Counted from the stretch's first letter, positions 31,913-42,460 are shown. The stretch: DNA of 64,000 nucleotides from Desulfomonilia bacterium (GCA_963664325.2 CAXXDQ010000007.1:320001-384000); one strand, 5' to 3'. The notes: generated from the sequence alone by a model not told the origin. Made by a program: numbers and translations.

Positions 31913-31943
31913 AGGTAGCGCTCTCCCGCTGAGCTAACGACCC
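31869..31943 (-). tRNA. tRNA-Val(CAC)
   Basis: GGGTCGTTAGCTCAGCGGGAGAGCGCTACCTT-CAC-ACGGTAGAAGTCACTGGTTCAATCCCAGTACGACCCACCA; cloverleaf with encoded CCA. Confidence 0.97.
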
Positions 31944-31997
31944 GTTCAACGATTCCTCGTGTTTAATCAGTACGGCTTTTTTATGTCAAGGATATTT

Positions 31998-32127
31998 TAG
32001 CTGACAAGATAAAAGCAGCCGTTAAGCTGATAGGCTTTTGAGCTAATAAACTTAAAGAATCCAAATAGAATCAAAAACTGTTTTGCTAATCAGCATAACA
32101 GCTAATCAGTTTAACAGCTCAACAACT
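31998..32127. repeat. octamer-periodic inverted repeat element, copy 1
   Basis: Left arm of TGWTAAGC-like units; right arm of GCTAATCA/GCATAACA/GCTCAACA units. Confidence 0.7.
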
Positions 32128-32177
32128 GCTACTATTAACATAGTAAAATTAGCACCTTTGTGATAGTAAAACCCTCT

Positions 32178-33047
32178 ATGGAAAACATCTACCAGAGCAT
32201 GCTTGAGTTGATCAGGAAGGCCTGTACGGTTATTCCCGGCGATGTCATTTCAGCATTGGAAAATGCCCTCAAGAATGAAATTCCCGGCTCGCTTGCACAT
32301 GAATCACTTAATACGATCATCAAAAGCACAGGGCTTTCATCATCAGGAATGCTGCCCATCTGCCAGGACACCGGCTCTGTTTTCGCAATAATCCGTTCAC
32401 ATCCGAAAATGGCTCTTCTCATCCGGGAATCCATAGTGGATGCCATGAGGGAACTGACGCATGAAGGCATCCTAAGGCAGAACTGTGTCCATTCACTGAC
32501 CGGCACGAATACAGGCGACAACACGGGAGAGCATGTCCCGCATATTCATATCGAACCATATGACGGAGAGCCCCAGGTGAGCCTGATGCTGAAAGGAGGC
32601 GGCTCTGAGAATGTCAGCACCCAGTACAGCCTTCCGAATGATACGCTCAAGGCAGGAAGGGACCTGGAAGGCGTCAGGCGATGCGTTCTCGATGCGGTAT
32701 ATAAAGCCCAGGGCAAAGGCTGCGCCCCGGGCATTACAGGCGTGTGCATCGGCGGCGACCGGGAGTCCGGATACCATATCGCCAAAGAGCAGCTCTTCAG
32801 AAAGCTTGATGATTCAAGCAGCAACCAGGAACTGGCATTGCTCGAATCCCGCCTTTTAACCGAAGCAAACTCACTGGGAATCGGACCGATGGGGCTTGGC
32901 GGGAGAACAACCCTGCTCGGTGTAAAAATAGCCGCGGCCTGCCGCCATCCTGCAAGCTTTTTTGTAACAGTGAGCTATTCATGCTGGGCAACCCGAAGGT
33001 ATGCTGTCGAACTCGATTCATCAGGGAGAGTTTCATCATGGCTGTAA
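32178..33047 (+). CDS. Fe-S hydro-lyase (fumarate/tartrate) alpha subunit
   Basis: PICQDTG, KGGGSEN, GCAPG, GIGPMGLGG, HPAS, CWA.R. Confidence 0.92.
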   Translation: MENIYQSMLELIRKACTVIPGDVISALENALKNEIPGSLAHESLNTIIKSTGLSSSGMLPICQDTGSVFAIIRSHPKMALLIRESIVDAMRELTHEGILRQNCVHSLTGTNTGDNTGEHVPHIHIEPYDGEPQVSLMLKGGGSENVSTQYSLPNDTLKAGRDLEGVRRCVLDAVYKAQGKGCAPGITGVCIGGDRESGYHIAKEQLFRKLDDSSSNQELALLESRLLTEANSLGIGPMGLGGRTTLLGVKIAAACRHPASFFVTVSYSCWATRRYAVELDSSGRVSSWL

Positions 33048-33622
33048 AACGCATAACATCTCCAATCAGTGAAAACACAGCCAGATCGCTTAATGCCGGC
33101 GACGATGTCCTGATTACAGGCCTGATCGTGACGGCAAGGGACGCCGCACATAAACACCTGGCCTCAACCGGAGAATCGCCGATCGATCTAAGAGGGACGA
33201 TAATCTACCATTGCGGTCCTGTCGCCATCAAACCGGGCGATACATGGAAAATCCTGGCCGCAGGGCCGACAACCTCGATGCGCGAAGAACCCTATGAAGC
33301 GGATGTCATCAGGCATTTCAGGCCTGCTGCAATCATGGGTAAAGGCGGCATGGGCCTTAAAACCCTTGAAGCGTTTAAAGAAACCGGTTGCGTCTACCTG
33401 CATGCGACCGGCGGCGCGGCAGCGTATCTTTCGGACTGCGTCAAGGCTGTCAGAGACGTGTATTTTTTGGATGAATTCGGACAGCCCGAGGCGATGTGGG
33501 TTCTTGATGTAATCGATTTTCCGGCCATAGTCACAATGGATTCCTCCGGCAAATCCCTGCATGAAAAAATTGAAAACCTGTCCCGCACTAATTTTGAAAA
33601 ACTTGTAAATCTTAAAAAATAA
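33038..33622 (+). CDS. Fe-S hydro-lyase (fumarate/tartrate) beta subunit
   Basis: TARDAAH, YHCGP, AGPTTS.R, GKGGM, PEAMW. Confidence 0.92.
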   Translation: MAVKRITSPISENTARSLNAGDDVLITGLIVTARDAAHKHLASTGESPIDLRGTIIYHCGPVAIKPGDTWKILAAGPTTSMREEPYEADVIRHFRPAAIMGKGGMGLKTLEAFKETGCVYLHATGGAAAYLSDCVKAVRDVYFLDEFGQPEAMWVLDVIDFPAIVTMDSSGKSLHEKIENLSRTNFEKLVNLKK

Positions 33623-33645
33623 ACCCCGATAGAGGAGGATATACA

Positions 33646-34431
33646 ATGAACGTCAAAGATCTGTTCGACCTGAAAGGCAAGGTTTCAATAGTAACAGGCG
33701 GCGGCAGGGGCATAGGCTCGTTTATCGCCAAAGGGCTTGCTGAGGCAGGCAGCAGTGTTGTCATCGCATCACGCAAGCTGGCAAACTGCGAGAAAGAAGC
33801 CGCCGAGCTGTCGGCGCTCGGGATAAAGGCCCTGGCCGTCAAATGTGACATGGGATCAGAAGCTGATATAACAACCCTGGTTGACACCACGATGAAGGAA
33901 TTCGGGCGCATTGATGTGCTTGTAAACAATGCGGGCGTGACCTGGGGTGCGCCGACTCTAGATTTCCCGCTGGACGCCTGGGACAAGATATTCAGCGTGA
34001 ATACAAGGGGCGTATGGATAATCTGCCAGAAGGTGGCAAGGATCATGAAGGATCAGGGCGGCGGCAAGATGATAAATGTATCGTCTATTTACGGCTCGCG
34101 CGGTTCCCTCGAGGAGGCTCACCCTGCGGTTGCCTACAACCCGTCCAAGGCCGCGGTTGAGATCCTGACCAAGAATCTGGCAGTAAAACTTGCCCGCTAC
34201 AAGATATATGTAAACTGCATGGCGCCGGGCTTCTTCAAGACCGACATGATGGCCTATGTATTCAAGCCTGAGATGAAGCCCATCCTCGATGCAATAGTTG
34301 GTGAAATACCTCTGAGGATGTGGGGGGATGAGGACGAAATCAAGGGACTGGCCGTTTTCCTGGCATCAAAGGCATCCGATTACGTAACCGGAGGCATCTT
34401 CCCTGTTGATGGAGGCTTGGGGGCGAAGTAA
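33646..34431 (+). CDS. SDR family oxidoreductase (gluconate 5-dehydrogenase-like)
   Basis: LFDLKGK, TGGGRGIG, NNAG, YNPSK, VDGG. Confidence 0.92.
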   Translation: MNVKDLFDLKGKVSIVTGGGRGIGSFIAKGLAEAGSSVVIASRKLANCEKEAAELSALGIKALAVKCDMGSEADITTLVDTTMKEFGRIDVLVNNAGVTWGAPTLDFPLDAWDKIFSVNTRGVWIICQKVARIMKDQGGGKMINVSSIYGSRGSLEEAHPAVAYNPSKAAVEILTKNLAVKLARYKIYVNCMAPGFFKTDMMAYVFKPEMKPILDAIVGEIPLRMWGDEDEIKGLAVFLASKASDYVTGGIFPVDGGLGAK

Positions 34432-34437
34432 ATTAGA

Positions 34438-34558
34438 TGATAAGCTGATAAGCTGTTGAGCCAGAAAGAGCTAAGTAGCTGTAAAGCTGATTAACTTAAA
34501 CAAAGCCTTTTCAGATTATGCTTAACAGCTTATCAGCCATCTGCTTAGCAGCTCAATA
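34438..34558. repeat. octamer-periodic inverted repeat element, copy 2
   Basis: TGATAAGC TGATAAGC TGTTGAGC ... GCTTAACA GCTTATCA ... GCTTAGCA GCTCAATA, between convergent genes. Confidence 0.75.
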
Positions 34559-35452
34559 GAACCAGTAGATATCCTTTTTTATTTCATCAATCTTCGCTTT
34601 TCCCGCCGCATAGCCCTGGTCTATAAAATAATCGATATGGTCAAAGTCATACCAGTGCTGAAAATGGATTTCAGGGGTAATGACGCAGTCGATGTCCTTG
34701 CACAGGTATACATCCATATATTCCCTGGTTATGTCATAACTTCTGAAAATAACGTCAAAGGTGTTCGTGAGTTCATTGTCAGAATCGGCAATAACTTCGA
34801 CCGCTTTCCTGACATTTACCCCGATTATGTAATCGGGATTAAAGGTCTTTGCTAGGTGCACCGGCATCATCTCCGCAACCCCTCCGTCGACCAGCAGCAT
34901 GCTGCGCATGTTTATTGGCGGAAAATATCCGGGAATTGCACTGCTTGCCTGAAGCGCCCCGCACAGGTCGCCTTCCGAGAACACTATCGGGTCTCCGGTT
35001 ATCAAATCGATCGCCTGGCATTTGAAAGGTATCTTCATATCATCAAAAGACCTTTCACCGATAAGGGCACTCATATTCATAACGAAAGATTCCTGAGTCA
35101 GAATGGAAAGGTTGTTGATCGCCTTTGAGTAAAAATACCCTTTTTTAACGGTCGCCTGAATGCGCTCGAAAAAGCTATGGGCCGATTCCCTCTCCATTGA
35201 TTTTATCTCTTTCTGTGCATCCTTGAAAACAGGAGAATCCATGTAATCCTTAATCCTGTTTTTAACGTCGTTTATATCCATATAAATGCTGTAAAGTGAG
35301 CCGATTATTGCCCCGAATGACACCCCTGCAACAGCATCGATAGGGATTTGAGCCTCTATAAGGGCCTTTAACACCCCGATATGTGCAAGCCCTCTTGCGC
35401 TTCCTGCGCCAAGGGCCAGCACAACTCTTCTTTTTTTTCTTATTTTCATCAT
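34553..35452 (-). CDS. patatin-like phospholipase
   Basis: LGAGSARGLAHIG, GVSFG, DGG. Confidence 0.9.
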   Translation of the reverse strand: MMKIRKKRRVVLALGAGSARGLAHIGVLKALIEAQIPIDAVAGVSFGAIIGSLYSIYMDINDVKNRIKDYMDSPVFKDAQKEIKSMERESAHSFFERIQATVKKGYFYSKAINNLSILTQESFVMNMSALIGERSFDDMKIPFKCQAIDLITGDPIVFSEGDLCGALQASSAIPGYFPPINMRSMLLVDGGVAEMMPVHLAKTFNPDYIIGVNVRKAVEVIADSDNELTNTFDVIFRSYDITREYMDVYLCKDIDCVITPEIHFQHWYDFDHIDYFIDQGYAAGKAKIDEIKKDIYWFY

Positions 35453-36762
35453 TTTCTTATTATAAAGGTGTCATTATCCATGTCCTGCATTTGAACACAG
35501 GCAAAGCCCTTGGCCGAATTGAACCATTTGATTCCCTGTGACCTGCAGTCAGCGCATGCGCCTCTCGCTATATGGACACAAACTGCGTTATTTCCGGTTG
35601 ACGCCTTGGTCTCTATTCTGAATACCCCGGGGCAACTGCACATTTTCTTGTACTCGACCTGAATGTCGGTTATATTTTCAGTATCATACATTATTGTCTT
35701 GCGCCGCTCAACGATACCTTCCTTTTTAACAGGTATCCCGCTTCTCTTCTGCCAGTAATGAAGTATCGAACTGCATATGTCCGCGATATATTTCATCTCC
35801 ATGGACGCCGGTTTGAACCTGCCCGGTTTGAAATCAGGTTCTCTGAGATATGAATAATCAAGTCCTGCAAGAGATAGTATTATCCCGGTATTTATATACG
35901 GAAGGGCCATCTCGATCGAGTACCCGCCCTCGAGAACGCAAATGTCAGGCGATATAATCTCTGTGAGTCTGGCATAGCCCCCGGCAGTAATTTGCATATT
36001 GGTAATGGGGTCGGAATAATGATTGTCCTGCCCGGCCGAATTGATAACAATATCGGGTTTGAATTCATCAAGAACCGGTCTTATAAGGTTTTCAGCCACA
36101 TATATGAAGCCATCGTCAACCGTTCCAGGAGGAAGCGGGATATTGAGCGTCATTCCTCTTGCACCGGGCCCGCCGAGGTCTTCGGTAAATCCCGTCCAGG
36201 GGTACAGCGTCCTGCCGTCCTGATGTACCGAAATAAACAGGATATCAGGGTCGTGCCAGAAAATGTCCTGCGTGCCGTCGCCGTGATGACAGTCGGTATC
36301 GACAATTGCAATTTTTTTTATGTGCGGATAATTCGTCCTGATCCATTCAACCATGATCGCTTCCATGTTGATATTACAGAAGCCCCTGCAGCCGTGCACA
36401 ACACGCATGGCATGATGTCCCGGCGGCCTGACCAGGGCAAAGGCCTTGTCCACCTTTTGCTCCAGCACAAGCCTGGCAGCCTCTATGCATCCCCCTGCGG
36501 ATATCCTGTGGGAATCCGTGATGACTGAATATATATCAGGTATGCAGAAATGAACCCTCGATATATCATTGTCTTTGGCGATACCGGCCTTGAATTCCCA
36601 GATACCTTCAATGTCGAGTAGACCTTCCTCAATCACCTGGTCCTGAGTATACAGCAGGCGCTCTTTCCTTTCAGGATGAAAGGCTGATATCTCCCAGTCA
36701 TAGGCCGGAAAGAAAATCAGGCCTGTCCTGTTTTTAGCTTTTATCCTGCCTGTTTTCATCAA
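35449..36762 (-). CDS. histone deacetylase family protein
   Basis: HPER, RPPGHHA, GFC, DTDCHHGDGTQ, SAGQD, LEGGY. Confidence 0.93.
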   Translation of the reverse strand: MMKTGRIKAKNRTGLIFFPAYDWEISAFHPERKERLLYTQDQVIEEGLLDIEGIWEFKAGIAKDNDISRVHFCIPDIYSVITDSHRISAGGCIEAARLVLEQKVDKAFALVRPPGHHAMRVVHGCRGFCNINMEAIMVEWIRTNYPHIKKIAIVDTDCHHGDGTQDIFWHDPDILFISVHQDGRTLYPWTGFTEDLGGPGARGMTLNIPLPPGTVDDGFIYVAENLIRPVLDEFKPDIVINSAGQDNHYSDPITNMQITAGGYARLTEIISPDICVLEGGYSIEMALPYINTGIILSLAGLDYSYLREPDFKPGRFKPASMEMKYIADICSSILHYWQKRSGIPVKKEGIVERRKTIMYDTENITDIQVEYKKMCSCPGVFRIETKASTGNNAVCVHIARGACADCRSQGIKWFNSAKGFACVQMQDMDNDTFIIRK

Positions 36763-38417
36763 AAAAGCATCTTCCTGAATTCCGAAATAATCCCGGGTCT
36801 GGTCTGGAGTTTTAGTCTCATGTTCAGGCCTACGGTCCGAAATCCGTTGACCATGTTAAAACATTGCTCCTCTATAATATCAATTCCGTAGTCATCCGCA
36901 AGCCCCAGGAATACGGCATGCCTGTTTAAGAACCTTTCGCCTGCGCTTCTTAAATCTTCTATTGTAAATGTTGAAGGTATGCCCTCGTCGGCGCCGAGTT
37001 CAGGGCACACCATCAGCCTGCGTTGCGTATCTGCAAGAAGAGTTATCCGGGCAGTCGTCTTTGACACCGCAGCCCCTATTGCATTCGCCACATCATAATT
37101 TTGCGGCACATCACAGGGAATTCCCAATTCCGCCTCCAGAAAAGGTTTGAACGCCAAGGCAGGGGCCCCGATCAATATTATCTTTTCCGGATCAACCGTT
37201 TCAGGATGAAGCATCTCATAAATGGTGTAGACAGGATTTGCATTTACCTCGTCAAGGAAGTCTCTGTATGCCTGTTTTATTGAAACTACCGTTTGCCTGA
37301 GAATGGTCTTCGCAGTCTCCTCGATGTTCATGCCGCAGGCAGAGCCGATATTCTTGATGGCTTCGCATGCCCTTTCTTCACTGCCGATTTTCACTGCTCC
37401 GAGCACCCTGAAGGCATCCATAACAGTAGGAATCCTCCCCCCGAGACAGCATGGAGGGCCTTTCCTTGCAGGTCCGACAGTTATCACACCCTTGGAAACC
37501 GAGACCGCCGAATCGCCTCCGACACCGACGGAAACGGTCTTGAGTCCTCTGACAAGGGTTTTCAATCCTTTTATGCTTATGCCCTTTGGCTCAAATAACG
37601 GCAGGCCGAGTACGATTATTCCGATATCGGTTGTGGTACCGCCAATATCCATTACCGCGGCGCATTTCTCACCCGGCCTTAATGCAAGCGCCCCCATTAT
37701 GCTTGCAGCGGGTCCGGAAATTATTGTTTCCACAGGCAGTCTCTTTGCAGCAGAGGACGAGAACGTTCCACCGTCCGCCTTCAGGAAAAGAAGTTTGGAG
37801 CCGATTCCCAGTACTGTAAGGGCCTGATATACGGAAGATATGAACCGGGACTGTATCGGCAATACACCGGCATTAAAAAATGTCGTATGGATACGTCTGG
37901 GAAAATTAAGGCTTCCGCTCATCTGGTGTCCCATCGTTATATATTTGAACCGTTCCTCAACCAGGGTCTTTATCCTGACTTCATGAGATTGATTTCTTAT
38001 TGAAAACTTCGAAACTATTCCGAGTGATTCAATGCCGGAATCCCTGAGCAGGCCGGCACTCTGTTTCACTCCCGATTCATCGAGGGGCCTGTACTCTCTT
38101 CCCCTGTGGTCTATGGCCCCTTCAACAAGATAGAAATCCTTATTTAGAAAAAACAGATCCGGGTTAACGCCAGGGCCGGCACTTACGATCATTCCCCCTC
38201 TTTCAAGCCTGTCTTCAATAATAGCATTAGTGGTAAGGGTTGTCGAAAGCACAACCCTCCTGATGTTATTGTAATCAACATTCAGGGAGGACACACCTGC
38301 GTTTATTGAGGCAACCAGATCAGGGGACGTCTCAACCTTTGAAAAAGAAACGACTTCTCCTCCGGTTATGCATACAACATCAGTATGTGTGCCGCCAACG
38401 TCAATGCCAAGTATCAT
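36759..38417 (-). CDS. hydantoinase/oxoprolinase family protein
   Basis: GIDVGGTHTD, STTLTTNA, SGPAAS, DIGGTTTD, ANAIGAA. Confidence 0.92.
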   Translation of the reverse strand: MILGIDVGGTHTDVVCITGGEVVSFSKVETSPDLVASINAGVSSLNVDYNNIRRVVLSTTLTTNAIIEDRLERGGMIVSAGPGVNPDLFFLNKDFYLVEGAIDHRGREYRPLDESGVKQSAGLLRDSGIESLGIVSKFSIRNQSHEVRIKTLVEERFKYITMGHQMSGSLNFPRRIHTTFFNAGVLPIQSRFISSVYQALTVLGIGSKLLFLKADGGTFSSSAAKRLPVETIISGPAASIMGALALRPGEKCAAVMDIGGTTTDIGIIVLGLPLFEPKGISIKGLKTLVRGLKTVSVGVGGDSAVSVSKGVITVGPARKGPPCCLGGRIPTVMDAFRVLGAVKIGSEERACEAIKNIGSACGMNIEETAKTILRQTVVSIKQAYRDFLDEVNANPVYTIYEMLHPETVDPEKIILIGAPALAFKPFLEAELGIPCDVPQNYDVANAIGAAVSKTTARITLLADTQRRLMVCPELGADEGIPSTFTIEDLRSAGERFLNRHAVFLGLADDYGIDIIEEQCFNMVNGFRTVGLNMRLKLQTRPGIISEFRKMLF

Positions 38418-38526
38418 AATCTACCTCGTAACACTTACTAATGAATATACAACTTTTATCATAACTTGAAGCTTTTATTTCTATCTGATATTAAACCTCC
38501 AATATTTTAACGGAGGAACAACCCCT

Positions 38527-39837
38527 GTGAGAACTCCTTTCTTTTTGTTTACAGTATTATTTGCATTATTTTTCGCCGCATGCTCAGAGAGCAGACCAGA
38601 TATCACATCTGCCACCCAGTCGGATTATGCCCCTGTCACCGAACAGAAAATTATTCTGGCTGTAACAAGTCTGACAGATAATCCGCCCATGACCTACACC
38701 TGGAATTACGACAATACAAACAGCACCCTGCTTGACGGTTATGGGAATATAATAGTTCCGGGAACTCAAACCAGCATGTACGGTGCATACTGGATTGCAC
38801 CTCAAGAACCGGGGATATATACAGTATCATGCACTGTCGGTGATAAGAGGAACGGAACGGATACGGCGTATTTCGAAATTCAGGTTATAAAACGGGGCAT
38901 CATCGAGCTTATGGATGCAAACCCGGCAAGCGCTAATTCCATCAGTTACGATATTAATGCGGTGTTAGGCGGAATATTCGCTATGGTGTCCAATGACAAG
39001 GACAGCCTGGGCAATCCTACCAACAATATAAAGATGTTCTCATCAAGTCTTTTCAAGCTCGATACTTCATGGGGAAGCGGATATCCTCTGACCGCACTTT
39101 ATCCCGTAAACTACTCTTCGGTATATACGTACTTCTATTCCTTCTGGGGCAGCTATATAAGTGGCAGCACCATAAATCTCATACAGCACGGTTCAACCGG
39201 GGTTGATGTACCCTTTGCACAGCCGACTACCGCAAACGATTATGTCAGGAACTTATCACTTATCAACAATAACATATGGATCTCTGCCGATTCGGGTTTA
39301 TGGAAATTTGACACCACAACAAACGGTTTTTCGAATACTCTTCCGGTATCTTCATATAATGCGGACGCTGCAGGCAGCCTTTCGGCAGTAGCGACGTCCA
39401 TGGGCGTATACTACTCCACAACAGGCGACATGAACTGGCAGCCTCTTCCAAGCGATCAGGGCAAGGCGATTTCAGTCGTCACACTTGCAAACCCGTTTAA
39501 TATCTTCGCACTATTGTTTGACGGTACAACAAAAAAACTTATGCAATACTTCAAGGATTTGAACACCGGCAACTGGACATACTATGATGTACCGCTGCCG
39601 GATGACGATCCTACTCTCGGCAGCATAACAAGGATATCGAAGGATTGGAAGGGAAGGATCTGGTGCGGAAATAAAAGATGGGACGGCGCATCCTGGTTCT
39701 ATCCCGACAAGCAAAACACCATCACAAATGCCATAGACTATACAATTGCCAGCTCCGAGGGCCTTGCATATTTCAAGACTACCAGCGGACAGCTCTGGGT
39801 CTGGGGGAAGACTCCTGCTCCATATTATCCAAGATGA
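38527..39837 (+). CDS. hypothetical lipoprotein (Ig/PKD-like plus beta-propeller-like)
   Basis: Lipobox FAAC; P..PGIYTVSCTV.D; stop overlaps the miaB start. Confidence 0.7.
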   Translation: MRTPFFLFTVLFALFFAACSESRPDITSATQSDYAPVTEQKIILAVTSLTDNPPMTYTWNYDNTNSTLLDGYGNIIVPGTQTSMYGAYWIAPQEPGIYTVSCTVGDKRNGTDTAYFEIQVIKRGIIELMDANPASANSISYDINAVLGGIFAMVSNDKDSLGNPTNNIKMFSSSLFKLDTSWGSGYPLTALYPVNYSSVYTYFYSFWGSYISGSTINLIQHGSTGVDVPFAQPTTANDYVRNLSLINNNIWISADSGLWKFDTTTNGFSNTLPVSSYNADAAGSLSAVATSMGVYYSTTGDMNWQPLPSDQGKAISVVTLANPFNIFALLFDGTTKKLMQYFKDLNTGNWTYYDVPLPDDDPTLGSITRISKDWKGRIWCGNKRWDGASWFYPDKQNTITNAIDYTIASSEGLAYFKTTSGQLWVWGKTPAPYYPR

Positions 39838-41144
39838 GAGGACTGGTTCAGATATTCACTTACGGCTGCCAGATGAACGACCTGGACAGCCAGAAAATGT
39901 ATTCCGAACTGAGCGCTCTCGACTATGTGGCCACCGCTGAGACTGAAAAGGCCGATGTCATAATCCTAAATACCTGTTCAGTCAGAAAAAAGGCCGAGGA
40001 AAAGGCCTTGAGCAACCTGGGCCGCCTGAAATTCCTGAAAAAAAGAAAGCCTTCGGTAGCAATAATCGTTGCAGGATGCGTGGCCCAGCAGGAAGGTTCG
40101 TCCCTGATCGCCAGGATGCCATATATCGATGCGGTAATAGGCACCCACCAGATCCACAAACTTCCGGAAATACTTGACATGGTTAAGGAAACTCACTCCC
40201 AGGAAGTCCAAACGGAATTTTCAGAGTTCATACCTTCGCTGGAACTTGTCCCGGACAAAGCGTTTATCCAGCCTGTTCACAGGGCTTACATAAACATCAT
40301 GCAGGGATGCGATAATTTCTGTTCATACTGCATTGTGCCTTATGTGAGAGGACGCGAGATCAGCCGGGACTGGAGAAATGTAATCGACGAAGTCAGATTA
40401 CACGCTGAAAGAGGGGCCAGGGAAATCTTCCTGCTCGGGCAGAACGTAAATTCGTATTCGGGCGGTATCAGCTTTGATACACTCCTTAAAAGAATTGCCG
40501 GAGTTGACGGCATATCAAGGATCCGCTTCACGACCTCGCACCCAAAAGATGTAAGCCCGGGGCTCATCGCATGCTTTGCAGAATTCGAGACCCTGTGCAG
40601 CCATATCCACCTGCCCTTTCAGTCCGGCTCGGATAAAATCCTCAAGGCCATGAACCGCCACTACACATTCGATTCCTATATGAAGCTGGTCAATGAGCTA
40701 AGGAAAGCCAGGCCTGATATTGCCTTCAGTGCGGATACCATGGTCGGTTTTTCCTCTGAAACGGATGACGACTTCAGGAGAACTCTCGACCTGATTGAAG
40801 CGGTCAGGTTTGATGTGCTTTATTCTTTCAAGTATTCACCGAGACCCGGCACCGCTGCCGCCGGAATTGAAGATGATGTCCCGCTTGGTGTCAAAAAGGA
40901 ACGCCTTTCAATACTGCAGGGGCTTCAGAACAGAATCACACTCGGAATAAACCGCTCAAGGACCGGCCGGATATTTGAAGTGCTTGTTGACGGTCCGAGC
41001 CAGAAAAACCCTTCTCAGATATACGGGCGCACCACGCATAACACGATTGTTAATTTCGAAGGCCCGTTATCCATTATCGGCGATGCCGCCACAGTCAGGA
41101 TCGTCCGCGGCAACAAGAACACCCTTACCGGCGAGCTTATTTGA
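39834..41144 (+). CDS. miaB: tRNA-2-methylthio-N6-dimethylallyladenosine synthase
   Basis: TYGCQMN, NTCSVR.KAE.K, GCDNFCSYC, LLGQNVNSY, RFTTSHP, TRAM domain. Confidence 0.96.
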   Translation: MRGLVQIFTYGCQMNDLDSQKMYSELSALDYVATAETEKADVIILNTCSVRKKAEEKALSNLGRLKFLKKRKPSVAIIVAGCVAQQEGSSLIARMPYIDAVIGTHQIHKLPEILDMVKETHSQEVQTEFSEFIPSLELVPDKAFIQPVHRAYINIMQGCDNFCSYCIVPYVRGREISRDWRNVIDEVRLHAERGAREIFLLGQNVNSYSGGISFDTLLKRIAGVDGISRIRFTTSHPKDVSPGLIACFAEFETLCSHIHLPFQSGSDKILKAMNRHYTFDSYMKLVNELRKARPDIAFSADTMVGFSSETDDDFRRTLDLIEAVRFDVLYSFKYSPRPGTAAAGIEDDVPLGVKKERLSILQGLQNRITLGINRSRTGRIFEVLVDGPSQKNPSQIYGRTTHNTIVNFEGPLSIIGDAATVRIVRGNKNTLTGELI

Positions 41145-41979
41145 ACATCACGGAATCTTTTCGACCTGTCATGGCCTTGGATGATGTGGCAATGCCCAGC
41201 ACCCTGCACACGAGATCCATTGCAGATACGGGCAGGACAGCCTTGATGAGCGGCAGCAGGTAAACGCCCGGCGGCACGCCGATCATGGCCCTGCCCTTTT
41301 TGATTCCTTCGATGACCTTCACTGTGACATCTTCAGGCTTAAGCATTTTCGTGCCCTTTACTGGCCGTGCTCCTGAAAACATGCCAGTTGAAACCGTATT
41401 TGGGCATACATAGATGAACTTTATCTTTTTCTGCCCGGCAAGCGCCATTTCCTGCCTTAAGGATTCGGTAAGCCCGATAACAGCAAACTTGGAGGCACAG
41501 TAATCGGAAATATAGGGCACTCCGAGCAACCCGCCGGCAGAGGCCATGTTAACAATGACGCCCTCTCCTTTTGAAACCATGTCCGGAAGAAAAGCCTTTA
41601 TTGACCAGAAAATAGACATCAGGTTTACGGATAAAAGCTTTTCAATCGACTCGTCCGATTTCTGCAAAAAGGGTGCTGATCGGACGACCCCCGCATTATT
41701 CACCAGGATGTCAATCAAACCGAATTCCTTTTTGATTTTTTCCGCAAGCCTGTAAATATTATCCCTGCCCGAAATATCGCATATATATGCAGCAACTGGT
41801 CCTGACACGGAAAGCTCTTTGGACGCGGCAGCAAGTTCAGCCTCCCTGATATCAGCTATTGCCACACGCGCCCCTTCCTTCAGGAAAAGCCCGGCAATCG
41901 ATTTCCCCATGCCCATTGCACCGCCGGTTACAAGTACATTCTTTCCTTTCAAATCAATCCTGAAGCGGCTCATATGCAT
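41137..41979 (-). CDS. SDR family oxidoreductase (retinol dehydrogenase-like)
   Basis: TGGAMGMG, NNAG, DYCASKFA. Confidence 0.92.
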   Translation of the reverse strand: MHMSRFRIDLKGKNVLVTGGAMGMGKSIAGLFLKEGARVAIADIREAELAAASKELSVSGPVAAYICDISGRDNIYRLAEKIKKEFGLIDILVNNAGVVRSAPFLQKSDESIEKLLSVNLMSIFWSIKAFLPDMVSKGEGVIVNMASAGGLLGVPYISDYCASKFAVIGLTESLRQEMALAGQKKIKFIYVCPNTVSTGMFSGARPVKGTKMLKPEDVTVKVIEGIKKGRAMIGVPPGVYLLPLIKAVLPVSAMDLVCRVLGIATSSKAMTGRKDSVMFK

Positions 41980-41992
41980 ACTCTTGTCGGGA

Positions 41993-42460
41993 TTATTCGA
42001 TTGTTTCAGGTTTTATGTTTTCAACACCTAAAATCCCGCCCATATTTTTCGCCGTATCGATAAAATGACTGAGCATACCAGAGTCATAAAGTCTCGATGT
42101 CTCGGATATTATCTTGTAGGTATCGTCTTCAATCTTTTCCACAACCTCCTCACCGCTTCCGGTAAGGTAGACATGGACGCCACGCCTGTCGTCTTCGGCA
42201 TAAACCCTTTTCACATAACCCGCCTCTTCAAGCTTTCCGAAAAGACGTGTGGCGCTGCTGAAAGGCAGTCCCAGCCCGTTGACAAGTTCACGCATCCTCT
42301 GGGGGTTTTTTCTTCTAAGCATCTGCAGGGCAATTATGGCGGTATAATCAAGTCCGAATGAATTGATCTTCTGCCTTTCAAACCTGTAAACCGCTAGGAG
42401 TGACCTGAACAAAAGGTCATCAAGCTCTTTTCTCGGAATATCAATCGGAAATTTCTTCAT
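41993..42460 (-). CDS. MarR family transcriptional regulator
   Basis: SSATR...LE..GYV.R....DDRR...V.LT..G. Confidence 0.9.
   Translation of the reverse strand: MKKFPIDIPRKELDDLLFRSLLAVYRFERQKINSFGLDYTAIIALQMLRRKNPQRMRELVNGLGLPFSSATRLFGKLEEAGYVKRVYAEDDRRGVHVYLTGSGEEVVEKIEDDTYKIISETSRLYDSGMLSHFIDTAKNMGGILGVENIKPETIE

Noticed and set aside
31869-31943. tRNA-Val as the attachment site of an integrated element
   Set aside because: No integrase and no duplicated tRNA 3' end seen in the window.
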